A stretch of DNA of 64,000 nt, taken from an uncultured Acidobacteriaceae bacterium. Its GTDB lineage: Bacteria > Acidobacteriota > Terriglobia > Bryobacterales > Bryobacteraceae. How positions within the stretch are numbered: position 1 is the stretch's first letter; each line of letters opens with the position of its first letter. A model generated the notes under the pieces. That model worked only from the letters and a program-made list of their open reading frames with translations. It made no database searches and was not told the origin of the DNA. A program made the translations under genes and the position numbers. The stretch spans positions 5,267-69,266 of the forward strand of contig CAWBDN010000001.1 in NCBI GenBank assembly GCA_963787575.1. The letters run 5' to 3'. Positions 28,546-37,335 of the stretch are shown here, piece by piece.

Positions 28546-31500
28546 AATAAAAATTTCAGCCCGAACTGAATGGAGCGGGGGCTGTTGAACTGCGCCCCTG
28601 TGAGATAACCAAAATTCGAATTGCCCATGGTTGTGTTGGGCCGCTTGTCGATAGTGTGCCGGTTGAAAGCGTCCGTTGCGGTCGCACGAAGCTCGAAATA
28701 CTTCTTTTCGGTAACGTAAAAGTTCTTCAGGACCGAGATGTCCTCGTTGACGGTCCATGGCCCGCGAAGCTGGTCGATATAGCGAGGCGTGTTGCCATAA
28801 ACGCCATTGGGTGGGTAGACGAACGCTGCAGGATTGAGATAGGGAATTGGATTAGCGCTGAGCCCGGGCCCATACGCGCTCGCCGGACTAGAGTTCCAAG
28901 CCGGATTAATTAATGGGATTGTCTGCCCGGCTCCCGGAGCAAAGCTGCAGCGGGTCGTTCCGGCAGCGCCATACATGTTCTGCCCACAACTGATTGCTAG
29001 CGGTTGGCCGGAGACATAGGTCTGGATGGCTGAAATTCTCCAATTTCCAATTGCAGCGTTGACCAGTTTTGGCATGTTGCTTAAGTAGGTTTTGCCTCTC
29101 CCAACCGGTAACTCGTAGACATAAGCGAGCCGCAGATTGTGCCGCGTGTCCTGGTCTGATACCGCTTTATCCAAGCGGCGGTTGAATGGGTTCTGCACGG
29201 CATTCGTGTCCTGGCGATCGGAATCTTCGCCATCTGTATTGTTGATTGTCTTCGCGTACGTGTATGTGATCATTGCGTAGAAGCCGTGTGCGAAGCGGTG
29301 TTCAAGACTGGCTTCTAGAGCATTGAAGGTCAGGTGACCGTCGTTGCTCGCACCTGCATGGACGTCGATATTGCTGTATTGCGGAAATGGACGAAGGGCT
29401 TGCGACAGAGTGAGATTTAACGGATAAGAGGAATAGAGGCAGCCGGGCGCGATACACGATGCAAACGGCAGCTTAAATCCATTCGCGTTGAGGACCGCAG
29501 CTGTTGTGGGATTACTCATCAGGCTGCTCAGGGACTGATTCAGAAGGCTTCCATAGATGCCGATGTACTTCGGATCCAGAGCATTGACCACCCCGTTCTG
29601 CCAGTCTGTCAGTAACCGCACCCCGGCGGTATTGTGATAGCTAACTCTAAATAGCGAGGAAGTGCCGATGCTGCGATCAATTGAAAAGTTGAAGTCGATG
29701 AAATAAGGTGTGCGGCCCGCTGGCGGAAAGAACCAGTATGGACTACCGAAGAGCTGGATAGAGTTGGGATCCAGGACTACGGGCTGGTTCGCCGCGACGC
29801 TGGCGGCGAATGGTAGAAATCCTTGCGACGCCAGCATCGAAATCCCAGAGGACAAGTAGTTGGAGGGCGGACTGTAGGTTCCGGCGTAGCCTTGTGTGCC
29901 GTTGTCCGCATTGCCATCTTCGCGCGGCGGCATGTAATAGATGGATCCACCTGTTCGGATCACCGTCTTCGGGGTAAGTTGATAGGCAATTCCTAAGCGT
30001 GGACCAAAGGCATTTTCGCGGAGCTGTCCAAAGTAGAGCGGCTGCCCGCCGAGGCCCGCGTAGACCATCGTTCCCAGCAGCCCGCCGGCATCAGGATTCG
30101 GACATGTCGGACAAAAATTGCTGTTGCGGCTATACCGTTCTCTTTTCGGGAAAGGTAACTCGTAGCGGAGGCCCAGATTCACTGTAAGTTTCTGGCTGAC
30201 TTTGATGTCGTCTTGCACGTACCAGGCGTAATAAGGGCCTTTGAACGTGGTGTCGTCGGGGTAGCGGAAGGTACCGCCGCTGGATAATCCGAGAAGCATC
30301 GACGCCCATGAGTCGCCGGTAGTGCCGCTGAGGCTTGGGTTGCCGGTCGCCCCGGCCCCGAAGTTGATTGTGCCGTAAGCGTCATTGTAATCGAGGCGCC
30401 GGTAAAGCCAGGTCAGGTACTCAAACCCGAACTTAACGCTGTGCTTTCCCTTGAGCCACGCTAACTGTTCCTTCCAGTCCGTGCTTCTCTGCCGTGAGTC
30501 GGTATCGACGAAAGTTCCCCAGCCTAACTCGCTTGTGGTGTAATTCGTCATTCTTCCCGAAGTCCACGGTGTCGGATTGCCTGGAGCATAAGTGGCCTTC
30601 GCAAATGCGTCGTTCTGCTCCAAGTGCGATACGCTGTACGGATTTTCCAGCACATGCCGCAAATTTAACCCGGCCGTGAAGTGATTTACTATGTTCGGGG
30701 AGATAATCCAATCTTCATTCACCCGGTAGTAAGAGATCAGGTTCGACGAGTTCCATCCTGTGGAAGGCGGAACACCCTCGATAACGGGCTGGTAGAGTGT
30801 CGCGGGGCTGTTGAATCTGCTGTAAAAGAAACTAAGTCGATTGTTCGAGGAAATAACATAATCCGCCTTGATCGACGGCACATTCGAGGTTCCTGTCGAA
30901 CCGTGGGCTGAACGCGTGTTATTCGTAATCGCGTCCGGATTGTCGGGCTCGGGCAGCACAGACATGAGCGTATGAGCAAGCGGAGTAATCATGCTTGCCG
31001 GCACGATGTTGTTTGGAAACGGAACCCGTGTGTTCGCATTCCCGATGATGGTTCCGTCCGCCGCGAAAGGATTGTAGATCGGAATCATGTTGCCGCTCGA
31101 ATCGACGAGAGTGCGGAAATCGCCGTTGCGCCATGCATCAATGGGTACAGTAACGAGGCTTGTCGAGCGGCCAATCCTCTGGTCATATCGCTCGTAAGCA
31201 AAGAAGAAGAACAGCTTGTTGTGTCCGTCAATCACCCGGGGAATATAGACAGGCCCCCCGATGGTCCCGCCGTTATTCCACTGCCGGTTCACTGGCCTCT
31301 CGGTCGGCGTGAAAGTGTAGCCGCGCGCATTGAAAAATTCGTTAATTCCAAAAGTAAACCAGTCGCCATGCAGTTCGTTGGTGCCGGATTTGGTCGCCCA
31401 ATTAATGACTCCATCTGACGTACGGCCATACTCAGCTGAATAGCTGGAGCTTTGTACTTTGAATTCCTCGACGCCCTCAACGCTGATGCCGTTCATCGCC

Positions 31501-32099
31501 GGGTCATTCCGGCGCTCGCTCTGCGACTCGGCGCCATCGAGCTGCTCGCTTTGGCCATCGAGCATGCCGCCCCCAATGCGCGGATTGCCAGATGATCCGA
31601 TCACGCCCGGTGTGAGGATCACAAATGACATATTGCTCCGGATACCACCGCCGATACTTAACGGCAGGTCCATGATGGCCTGAGTTGGCAGTACTTTTCC
31701 CAGGTTGGCTCCCGTTACCTCCAGCACGGGAGGCGCAGCGGTCACTTCCACGGATTGATTGACTGCACCTACCGAAAGCTTCACCGTGATCGGAATCACG
31801 CTGTTCACATCCACCCGGACGCCGCTGACTTCCGATTTCTTGAAACCGGCCTTTTCCGTCGTAACGATGTAGTTGCCGACCGGGAGATACAAGATGCTGA
31901 AGCTTCCGTCGGAGACTGTCTTGACGGTCTGCGTCACGCCGGTCTCTGCGTTTCGTGCGGTAACTGTAGCATCCGGCACACCCGAGTCCGTAGGGTCCGT
32001 GACGGTGCCGCGAAGGCTGCCTCGGTCCTGCGCGAAGCAGGATGGAAGAAGGTATGTTGCGAATAGGAGGAACGCTGAGAATCGGGAGGCGGATTTCAT
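28542..32099 (-). CDS. TonB-dependent receptor with carboxypeptidase-regulatory-like domain
   Basis: The ATG at 32099 gives the signal peptide 'MKSASRFSAFLLFATYLLPSCFAQ', followed by 'GSLRGTVTDPTDSGVPDATVTARNAETG'. The C-terminus reads 'SIQFGLKFLF*'. Confidence 0.9.
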   Translation of the reverse strand: MKSASRFSAFLLFATYLLPSCFAQDRGSLRGTVTDPTDSGVPDATVTARNAETGVTQTVKTVSDGSFSILYLPVGNYIVTTEKAGFKKSEVSGVRVDVNSVIPITVKLSVGAVNQSVEVTAAPPVLEVTGANLGKVLPTQAIMDLPLSIGGGIRSNMSFVILTPGVIGSSGNPRIGGGMLDGQSEQLDGAESQSERRNDPAMNGISVEGVEEFKVQSSSYSAEYGRTSDGVINWATKSGTNELHGDWFTFGINEFFNARGYTFTPTERPVNRQWNNGGTIGGPVYIPRVIDGHNKLFFFFAYERYDQRIGRSTSLVTVPIDAWRNGDFRTLVDSSGNMIPIYNPFAADGTIIGNANTRVPFPNNIVPASMITPLAHTLMSVLPEPDNPDAITNNTRSAHGSTGTSNVPSIKADYVISSNNRLSFFYSRFNSPATLYQPVIEGVPPSTGWNSSNLISYYRVNEDWIISPNIVNHFTAGLNLRHVLENPYSVSHLEQNDAFAKATYAPGNPTPWTSGRMTNYTTSELGWGTFVDTDSRQRSTDWKEQLAWLKGKHSVKFGFEYLTWLYRRLDYNDAYGTINFGAGATGNPSLSGTTGDSWASMLLGLSSGGTFRYPDDTTFKGPYYAWYVQDDIKVSQKLTVNLGLRYELPFPKRERYSRNSNFCPTCPNPDAGGLLGTMVYAGLGGQPLYFGQLRENAFGPRLGIAYQLTPKTVIRTGGSIYYMPPREDGNADNGTQGYAGTYSPPSNYLSSGISMLASQGFLPFAASVAANQPVVLDPNSIQLFGSPYWFFPPAGRTPYFIDFNFSIDRSIGTSSLFRVSYHNTAGVRLLTDWQNGVVNALDPKYIGIYGSLLNQSLSSLMSNPTTAAVLNANGFKLPFASCIAPGCLYSSYPLNLTLSQALRPFPQYSNIDVHAGASNDGHLTFNALEASLEHRFAHGFYAMITYTYAKTINNTDGEDSDRQDTNAVQNPFNRRLDKAVSDQDTRHNLRLAYVYELPVGRGKTYLSNMPKLVNAAIGNWRISAIQTYVSGQPLAISCGQNMYGAAGTTRCSFAPGAGQTIPLINPAWNSSPASAYGPGLSANPIPYLNPAAFVYPPNGVYGNTPRYIDQLRGPWTVNEDISVLKNFYVTEKKYFELRATATDAFNRHTIDKRPNTTMGNSNFGYLTGAQFNSPRSIQFGLKFLF

Positions 32100-32263
32100 T
32101 CCAAAATGACCCCTTCTATGGCTGCGCTCGCGCGGCGCGTGCGGACCCGGCTTGTATTCTCTACCGAATTCTGCCGGATCAAAAGTTAACTTAACCGTAA
32201 AGTTGGGACGCGATCGGCTGAAGCGGCTAAACAATTGCTCTTGCAGTAAACTACTAGTGCGAT

Positions 32264-32279
32264 TAAAGGCGCGCCTTTA
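32264..32279. promoter_or_regulatory. Perfect 16-bp palindrome TAAAGGCGCGCCTTTA, 9 nt upstream of the 32289 start codon
   Basis: It was read directly from the sequence. It lies in the divergent intergenic region between the receptor gene and the 32289 gene. Confidence 0.3.
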
Positions 32280-32288
32280 GAGTTCATC

Positions 32289-33608
32289 GTGTCTGGAGCG
32301 CGATCAGCAATCTCGAATCCGCCCTCCCCCGAGGCAGATTGTCATATCTCACAAGAGGAAAAGCGCGCGCTAGTCCGGCGTGTCGTAGATAGCCCTACAT
32401 TCGCCAGCTCGCCAGCTCTCCGGGCCTTCCTGCTATACATCGCCGAGCAGGCGCTCGCCGGGAAAAATGGGAAGGTTAAGGAACACCAGATTGGGACTGA
32501 TGTGCTGGGCCGCCCGGCCGATTACGACCCATCCACTGACAACATTGTTCGTGTTCGAGCTCACGAACTGCGGCAGCGGCTGAGCAAATATTTCAGCACG
32601 GAAGGATCTCATGAGCCCGTGATCGTGTCGGTACCAAAAGGCAGCTATGTTCCCCATTTCGAATTGAGCGTGTCTCGAGAGCCGGCCGGATCAAGGACGA
32701 AGTTGGCGGAAGCCCGTTCTAGAGTTTCTCGTGGCACGCTTTTGATTTTGGCTGGCGCTCTGGCATGTGTGCTGATATTTGCTTTGATTGCTCGCGCACC
32801 TAGCCAGGGCCGTTCGTTGGACACTCGTCGTCAGGCGACTGCGTTGCGCGATTTTTGGGCGCCTTTCTTCCGTTCCTCGGACCGTCCGCTGCTGGCAATT
32901 GCTGCGGATTCAGGTTTCGCTTTATGGCAGGATTTGACCGAACGCGATTTGAACTTGGGCGACTATCTTGGCCGGAAGTACCTGCAGATGGACGCTCGGA
33001 ACCCGAAGCTGAGAGAACTCGCCGCCAGACGCTGCACCAGCCCGGCTGATTTGAACATCACCTTGCGGCTGGAGGAGTTGAGTCGGCAATTCGGAGGCCG
33101 CTTGAACCCACAGTACGCCCGCAATGTCGATGTCCGCGAGCTCCGCAAGTCAAACGCGGTTCTCATTGGAAGCCGCCGGTCGAATCCCTGGGTTGAATTG
33201 TTCGAGTGCTCCATGAATTTTGTGCTGACTCGCGATGCCGTCTCGCGCGCTCCCGTCTTTCAAAATCGCCATCCCAAGCCAGGGGAAGCATCGTTTTTTG
33301 GCATCCCGGCTACTCTCGACGTGGACGGAACGGAACAGAAAGAGCTGGAATCTTTTGCCGTGATCGCTTTGGCTCCGAATTCTAGCGATGGCGGAGCGGT
33401 AGTAATCGTTGAAGGCCTGAACATGGAAGCCACGGAAGCCGCCGGAGAGATGGCGACCAATGCCAAGCAGCTTAGTGCTTTACTTCGCTCCATGGGACAC
33501 CGGCCCGGCACACCAGTACGCCCCTTTGAAGTGCTGTTAAAGTTGACATCCGTTCCTGGCGGCTATGCAAATTCGCGAGCTGTGTCGTTCAGGTATTTGG
33601 GGAATTGA
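32289..33608 (+). CDS. Membrane-anchored protein with an N-terminal regulatory-type module, function unknown
   Basis: The block 'HQIGTDVLGRPADYDPSTDNIVRVRAHELRQRLSKYFSTEG..VSVPKGSYVPHF' is a module I recognise from N-termini of CadC/kinase-like regulators. It is followed by one TM helix and a ~260 aa extracytoplasmic part. Confidence 0.5.
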   Translation: MSGARSAISNPPSPEADCHISQEEKRALVRRVVDSPTFASSPALRAFLLYIAEQALAGKNGKVKEHQIGTDVLGRPADYDPSTDNIVRVRAHELRQRLSKYFSTEGSHEPVIVSVPKGSYVPHFELSVSREPAGSRTKLAEARSRVSRGTLLILAGALACVLIFALIARAPSQGRSLDTRRQATALRDFWAPFFRSSDRPLLAIAADSGFALWQDLTERDLNLGDYLGRKYLQMDARNPKLRELAARRCTSPADLNITLRLEELSRQFGGRLNPQYARNVDVRELRKSNAVLIGSRRSNPWVELFECSMNFVLTRDAVSRAPVFQNRHPKPGEASFFGIPATLDVDGTEQKELESFAVIALAPNSSDGGAVVIVEGLNMEATEAAGEMATNAKQLSALLRSMGHRPGTPVRPFEVLLKLTSVPGGYANSRAVSFRYLGN

Positions 33609-33703
33609 TTGGTAAAACGATGTGGCGCGCACTAAGCACGTCCTGCTTGATGCGGCCGCGGTCTTCTCCAATTAGGAGCTCCGATTGAGTTAAGTCCTTC
33701 ATT

Positions 33704-33729
33704 TTCTGGCGGTGAGGGTGGGATTCGAA
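33704..33729. repeat. Distal att direct repeat, a copy of the tRNA-Ser 3' end
   Basis: The sequence TTCTGGCGGTGAGGGTGGGATTCGAA is identical to 42324..42349. Confidence 0.85.
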
Positions 33730-33808
33730 TGCTCAGGATGTGTTTAGACCCCTGTAAGTTATAGATTCTTCGTTGCAGCAGATGCAATTTTTGCAGGCTC
33801 TGCCGTCG

Positions 33809-33830
33809 CGCATTGCCCACCATTGCCCAC
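33809..33830. repeat. CG + 2x CATTGCCCAC tandem decamer (candidate integrase arm-type site, left arm)
   Basis: It is an exact 22-nt copy of 42265..42286 in the same orientation. Confidence 0.6.
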
Positions 33831-33926
33831 GGCGACCTACGCGGCAATTCAACAAGCGATTCAAAGGGCTGGATAAAAGTATCGGAAAATGTGCACAATA
33901 TCCGAAGGGTTTATCCGGTGCCAGCC

Positions 33927-34532
33927 ATGCCACAACCGCTCGCGAACGCGCGCCGCATATTCAAGGAATACGACGGCATACTGCGCACTAGCGAGGCGCT
34001 TCGGCGCGGCATCCACCCGCGGACTCTCTATGAACTTCGGGACCGCGGCGAGATTGAGCGCGTGGGAAGGGGGCTGTACCGGCTGGCCTCCGCGCCTCCC
34101 CTCACAAGCCCAGACCTGGTTGCAGTCGCTCTTCGAGCGCCGCTTGGTGTGGTGTGTCTCATATCCGCGCTTTCCCATCATGGCCTGACAACACAGATTC
34201 CACATGCAATTGATGTGGCGTTTCCGAGCCATGCTCAGGCCCCCAGGATGGAAAGCATTCCGCTGCGCATCTTCTGGTATTCGGAAGCCTCGTATCGTGC
34301 CGGCATTGAGACATTCACGATTGATCGCGTGTCTGTCAAAATATACTCTCCCGAAAAGACCATCGCCGATTGTTTCAAATACCGAAATAAAATCGGCCTT
34401 GATGTCGCAGTCGAAGCTCTCCGTGCTTATAGAGAGAAGAAACGCAAACCAGACCTGAAAGCACTCACAACATTCGCGCAAATCGATCGTGTCATGCGAG
34501 TAATGCGGCCATATCTGGAGGCCACATTTTGA
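33927..34532 (+). CDS. abiEi: AbiEi-family antitoxin/transcriptional regulator (type IV TA / abortive infection)
   Basis: It contains 'GILRTSEALRRGIHPRTLYELRDRGEIERVGRGLYRLA'. It overlaps the following AbiEii gene in a TTGA start/stop arrangement. Confidence 0.8.
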   Translation: MPQPLANARRIFKEYDGILRTSEALRRGIHPRTLYELRDRGEIERVGRGLYRLASAPPLTSPDLVAVALRAPLGVVCLISALSHHGLTTQIPHAIDVAFPSHAQAPRMESIPLRIFWYSEASYRAGIETFTIDRVSVKIYSPEKTIADCFKYRNKIGLDVAVEALRAYREKKRKPDLKALTTFAQIDRVMRVMRPYLEATF

Positions 34533-35452
34533 GCGCTCGTGACCTCGGCGCTTCTGTTCGACAGCGGCTGTTCAATCGGTCGCGGGCGAGTGAGCGCCCC
34601 TTTCAGGAACTGCTTCAGTATTACGCGATGGAAAGGTTCCTGTATCGCCTAGGCAAGTCGTCCTTCGTGGATCGATTTGTCTTGAAGGGGGCACTCCTGC
34701 TGACCGCCTGGCGGGCGCCAATCTCCAGGCCGACAGTAGATATCGACCTTTTGGGGCGCACAAGCAACGAGCTGGTACACATTCAATCTGTGATTACCGA
34801 AGTCTGCAGGGTAGCTGCGGAACCGGACGGAATTGAGTTCAACGTGCGCTCACTGCAAGTAACACGGATCAGGGAGGATGCCGTTTATGAAGGCGTTCGG
34901 GCCAAATTCAGTGCCGTTCTCGCCGGGGCGCGAATTCCGATGCAGATCGACATCGGGTTTGGCGACGTAATCGTTCCACGGCCGATCATGATCGAATATC
35001 CGACTCTTCTCGAATTTCCGGCTCCCGTCCTGACGACATACCCGAAAGAAACAGTGGTGGCCGAAAAACTCGAAGCGCTTACTGCGCTCGGGTTGTTGAA
35101 CAGCCGACTAAAAGACTATTACGATGTGGCTCTTCTCTCCCGCATCTTTCCTTTCGAAGGGCAGCTTCTGGTGGACGCAATCCGCGCTACCTTCCGGCAT
35201 CGTGGCACCACAGTGGAAGCCGAGCCTGTGGGTCTAACGGACGCATTTTATTCTGAACCCAATAGAGCCATTCAATGGCGAGCTTTTCTCCGGCGAAGCC
35301 GGCTCGCTCGTGCGGACACGGAACTGAATGCAGTCGGCGAAGAGATTCGCCGATTCGCAGCGCCGGTGCTTAGTGCAGCGGCATCTAATGTGCCGTTTAG
35401 TGCAGCGTGGTCTCCTGGCGGGCCGTGGAACGAGATGGCCTCCCGAACGTAA
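34529..35452 (+). CDS. abiEii: AbiEii/AbiGii-family nucleotidyltransferase toxin
   Basis: It contains 'SVRQRLFNRSRASERPFQELLQYYAMERFLYRL' and 'FVLKGALLL..RPTVDIDLLGR'. It is 307 aa and intact. Confidence 0.8.
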   Translation: MSARDLGASVRQRLFNRSRASERPFQELLQYYAMERFLYRLGKSSFVDRFVLKGALLLTAWRAPISRPTVDIDLLGRTSNELVHIQSVITEVCRVAAEPDGIEFNVRSLQVTRIREDAVYEGVRAKFSAVLAGARIPMQIDIGFGDVIVPRPIMIEYPTLLEFPAPVLTTYPKETVVAEKLEALTALGLLNSRLKDYYDVALLSRIFPFEGQLLVDAIRATFRHRGTTVEAEPVGLTDAFYSEPNRAIQWRAFLRRSRLARADTELNAVGEEIRRFAAPVLSAAASNVPFSAAWSPGGPWNEMASRT

Positions 35453-35570
35453 ACCAGGCAATGGGTTAGGAGCTTGTGTGAATCGGCGGGCAACGGGCTC
35501 GTATGGCTATGGACGAAGGACGAACGCCCGCATCAGGCGGAATAAGGCAATCAATCTGTCCCATTCCGCC

Positions 35571-35840
35571 TTATTTCGCCCCATTCGCAAGGGATGGTGG
35601 ATTGAACAGCTTCGTATGGACGCGGCGGGCAACCGATTCAGGTACGCTATAACGCGTCATCGACTTCCGGCGGCCGAGCCGGATTTTCACAACGCCTTGC
35701 TCGTCCTTAATCAACAGCCTCACCGTCTCGCGACTTAGTCGCCACTGGCGAGCAAGGTCGCCGATGCTATAGTGTGGTTCGAACGTTGTGTCCAGGACGG
35801 TGTGACGAACCGGGATAGTATCAACTCCGATCTCTAGCAT
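35571..35840 (-). CDS. Small HTH DNA-binding protein (excisionase/AlpA-like)
   Basis: It contains 'YSIGDLARQWRLSRETVRLLIKDEQGVVKI'. It is 89 aa. Confidence 0.5.
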   Translation of the reverse strand: MLEIGVDTIPVRHTVLDTTFEPHYSIGDLARQWRLSRETVRLLIKDEQGVVKIRLGRRKSMTRYSVPESVARRVHTKLFNPPSLANGAK

Positions 35841-35880
35841 CGTTTAAGTTCTCCGCGCTTTATTGCTTTGATTTCCCTAC

Positions 35881-36078
35881 TCACCAATTCCGCGGGCTCC
35901 GGGGTTGGCGTGGCCGGTATTTTGGTGCCAATGCCAGCACAATGACACCCACGGTCATGAGAAACTCGGCGAGCCAACTCGCCACGACCGTTTTTTCCAC
36001 GCCACCCTTCCCTTGTAGGACCAGGTGGATGGCAGTTTCCGGGCTTGATTGCGTGTGGTCTGTTCTTCCTGTTTGCAC
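35881..36078 (-). pseudogene. N-terminal fragment of a TraL/ParA-like P-loop protein
   Basis: The sequence 'IHLVLQGKGGVEKTVVASWLAEFL' resembles the IncP TraL N-terminus (QGKGGVGKS). Only ~65 codons remain. Confidence 0.5.
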
Positions 36079-36090
36079 TTTTTGCCTCGG

Positions 36091-36495
36091 TTAGATGAGA
36101 TTCTGTTCGCTCGGATCGCCGTCATTGTGGAGTTGCCGAATATCGAACCGCGGTTTGCTCAACGTCCGGCGTGCCAGCGCCATTGGATCGTGGTCGGTCA
36201 GCTTTTCGGCCCCAATCTGAACGCCTGGTCCGATGCAGCCTAGCTGCTCTTTTCTCCGGCATCGACTAATGTAAGAGCTGAGCGCTTTAGGAGTAACTAC
36301 GATTTCCGCTTCCTGAAGCCAGGCGCAAATAGTGTTCATTCGTTGTCCCCCGGCGACGGCCTTCTTAATCTCCGGCCAGAGCGCCCAGATCTGAGCGGCC
36401 TTGGTATCTGGCTTTTTCCGAAGCTTTGTCGCGAGGCGGCGTCGAGCCTCACTGACCCAGTCGCTCGTTTGATCTTTGTCGTCACTTGGCTTCAC
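36091..36495 (-). CDS. TraK-like relaxosome accessory (oriT-binding) protein
   Basis: It is 134 aa, lies upstream of the TraL-like fragment and is divergent from an RHH gene. It resembles IncP TraK in size and layout, judged from memory rather than by alignment. Confidence 0.4.
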   Translation of the reverse strand: MKPSDDKDQTSDWVSEARRRLATKLRKKPDTKAAQIWALWPEIKKAVAGGQRMNTICAWLQEAEIVVTPKALSSYISRCRRKEQLGCIGPGVQIGAEKLTDHDPMALARRTLSKPRFDIRQLHNDGDPSEQNLI

Positions 36496-36873
36496 GCCGC
36501 CTCTATGGCGAGGGAGTGGCGGCGGGCGATTCCGAACACTTCACAGACGATAAACGAGCGAATCCGACGTATGGCAAACACAGACGGGAGAGTGCAACAA
36601 AATACAACGAGCTACAGCAGCGTTCAACTTTTTGCCGCATTTGATAACGCAGGTAGCCCCGAAAGGGGGCGGATCGGCAGGAAAGACGCTGGTAGTGGAA
36701 CATAAAGGATTGCCAGGCACAGCGCATGATTTCCGCGGCTTTTTGATTTGCCTTCAGCCGCTTCCACAGCCGGGCACATTACTGACATTGCCCGGCATTT
36801 GCCCGGCAACTTTTTTCGAGGCTTAGTTGTTCGGAAATCCGCTCGCCGGTCCCTTTTTCAATGAGGCGGAGTT

Positions 36874-37302
36874 ATGAGGCCACGTCGGCGGGTCAAGGCT
36901 ACGGTCGGTTTAACGGAAGATGAGTACAAGCTCATCAGGCAGGCGGCAAAGGACCGCGCATACCTGAGCCCTACCGCTTTTATGCGAGCAGCGATTCGTA
37001 ATGAGATCAACCATCGGGACGGCGCGTTGAGCGAAGCCGAACTGCGCATCGCCGCCGGGCTTGAGCGAATTTCCCGAGATATTTTGCGTGTGCACAGGGC
37101 ACAACAGGCTCTGTTCGCGGTAGTCGATACGCTCGTCAAGACATTCCTTACCTGCGTTCCGGAGCCACCCAAGGAAGCTATTACCCACTCAGTTGCTCGG
37201 GCACGCGAGCGCTACGACCGGTTTGTCAAATCCGCGGGGCAAGCTGTGGTCGGAGATTCTCAAGTCGCCATGAACGACCTAGTCACCCGCGCGGATAACT
37301 GA
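36874..37302 (+). CDS. Ribbon-helix-helix MobC/TraJ-like mobilisation protein
   Basis: The sequence 'VKATVGLTEDEYKLIRQAAKDRAYLSPTAFMRAAIRNEI' is a typical MobC RHH N-terminus. No relaxase gene follows it. Confidence 0.6.
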   Translation: MRPRRRVKATVGLTEDEYKLIRQAAKDRAYLSPTAFMRAAIRNEINHRDGALSEAELRIAAGLERISRDILRVHRAQQALFAVVDTLVKTFLTCVPEPPKEAITHSVARARERYDRFVKSAGQAVVGDSQVAMNDLVTRADN

Positions 37303-37335
37303 GAAAGGTGAGTCCGCCAGCATGAATCCATCCCA

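Noticed and set aside
28546-28758. An N-terminal extension of the 815-aa ORF 26311..28758 that overlaps the receptor gene.
   Set aside because: The extension is out-of-frame overlap with the conserved receptor C-terminus and lacks protein-like features. A signal peptide begins exactly at the TTG at 28545.
32100-32234. An N-terminal extension of the 1230-aa receptor ORF.
   Set aside because: The internal ATG at 32099 gives a canonical signal peptide, whereas the upstream 45 codons are Arg/Pro-rich and unlike a receptor N-terminus.
33632-33991. Small ORFs on both strands across the left att region (33632..33898, 33733..33933, 33773..33991).
   Set aside because: They span the tRNA-derived repeat and the decamer repeats and have no coding signatures. 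The region is better explained as att/arm DNA plus the abiE promoter.
35536-35580. A hairpin, GGCGGAATAAGGC-N19-GCCTTATTTCGCC, between convergent abiEii and the HTH gene, as a possible bidirectional terminator.
   Set aside because: The loop is long (19 nt), there is one stem mismatch, there is no clear U-tract, and the 3' arm overlaps the HTH gene end. Support is too weak to call.
36690-36790. An exact IncP nick-site core (ATCCTG) in the putative oriT region.
   Set aside because: Only partial matches exist: ATCCTT on the minus strand at about 36700, and TGCCCGGCTG at 36767-36776. I therefore report a possible fossil oriT only as a low-confidence inference and make no nick-site call.
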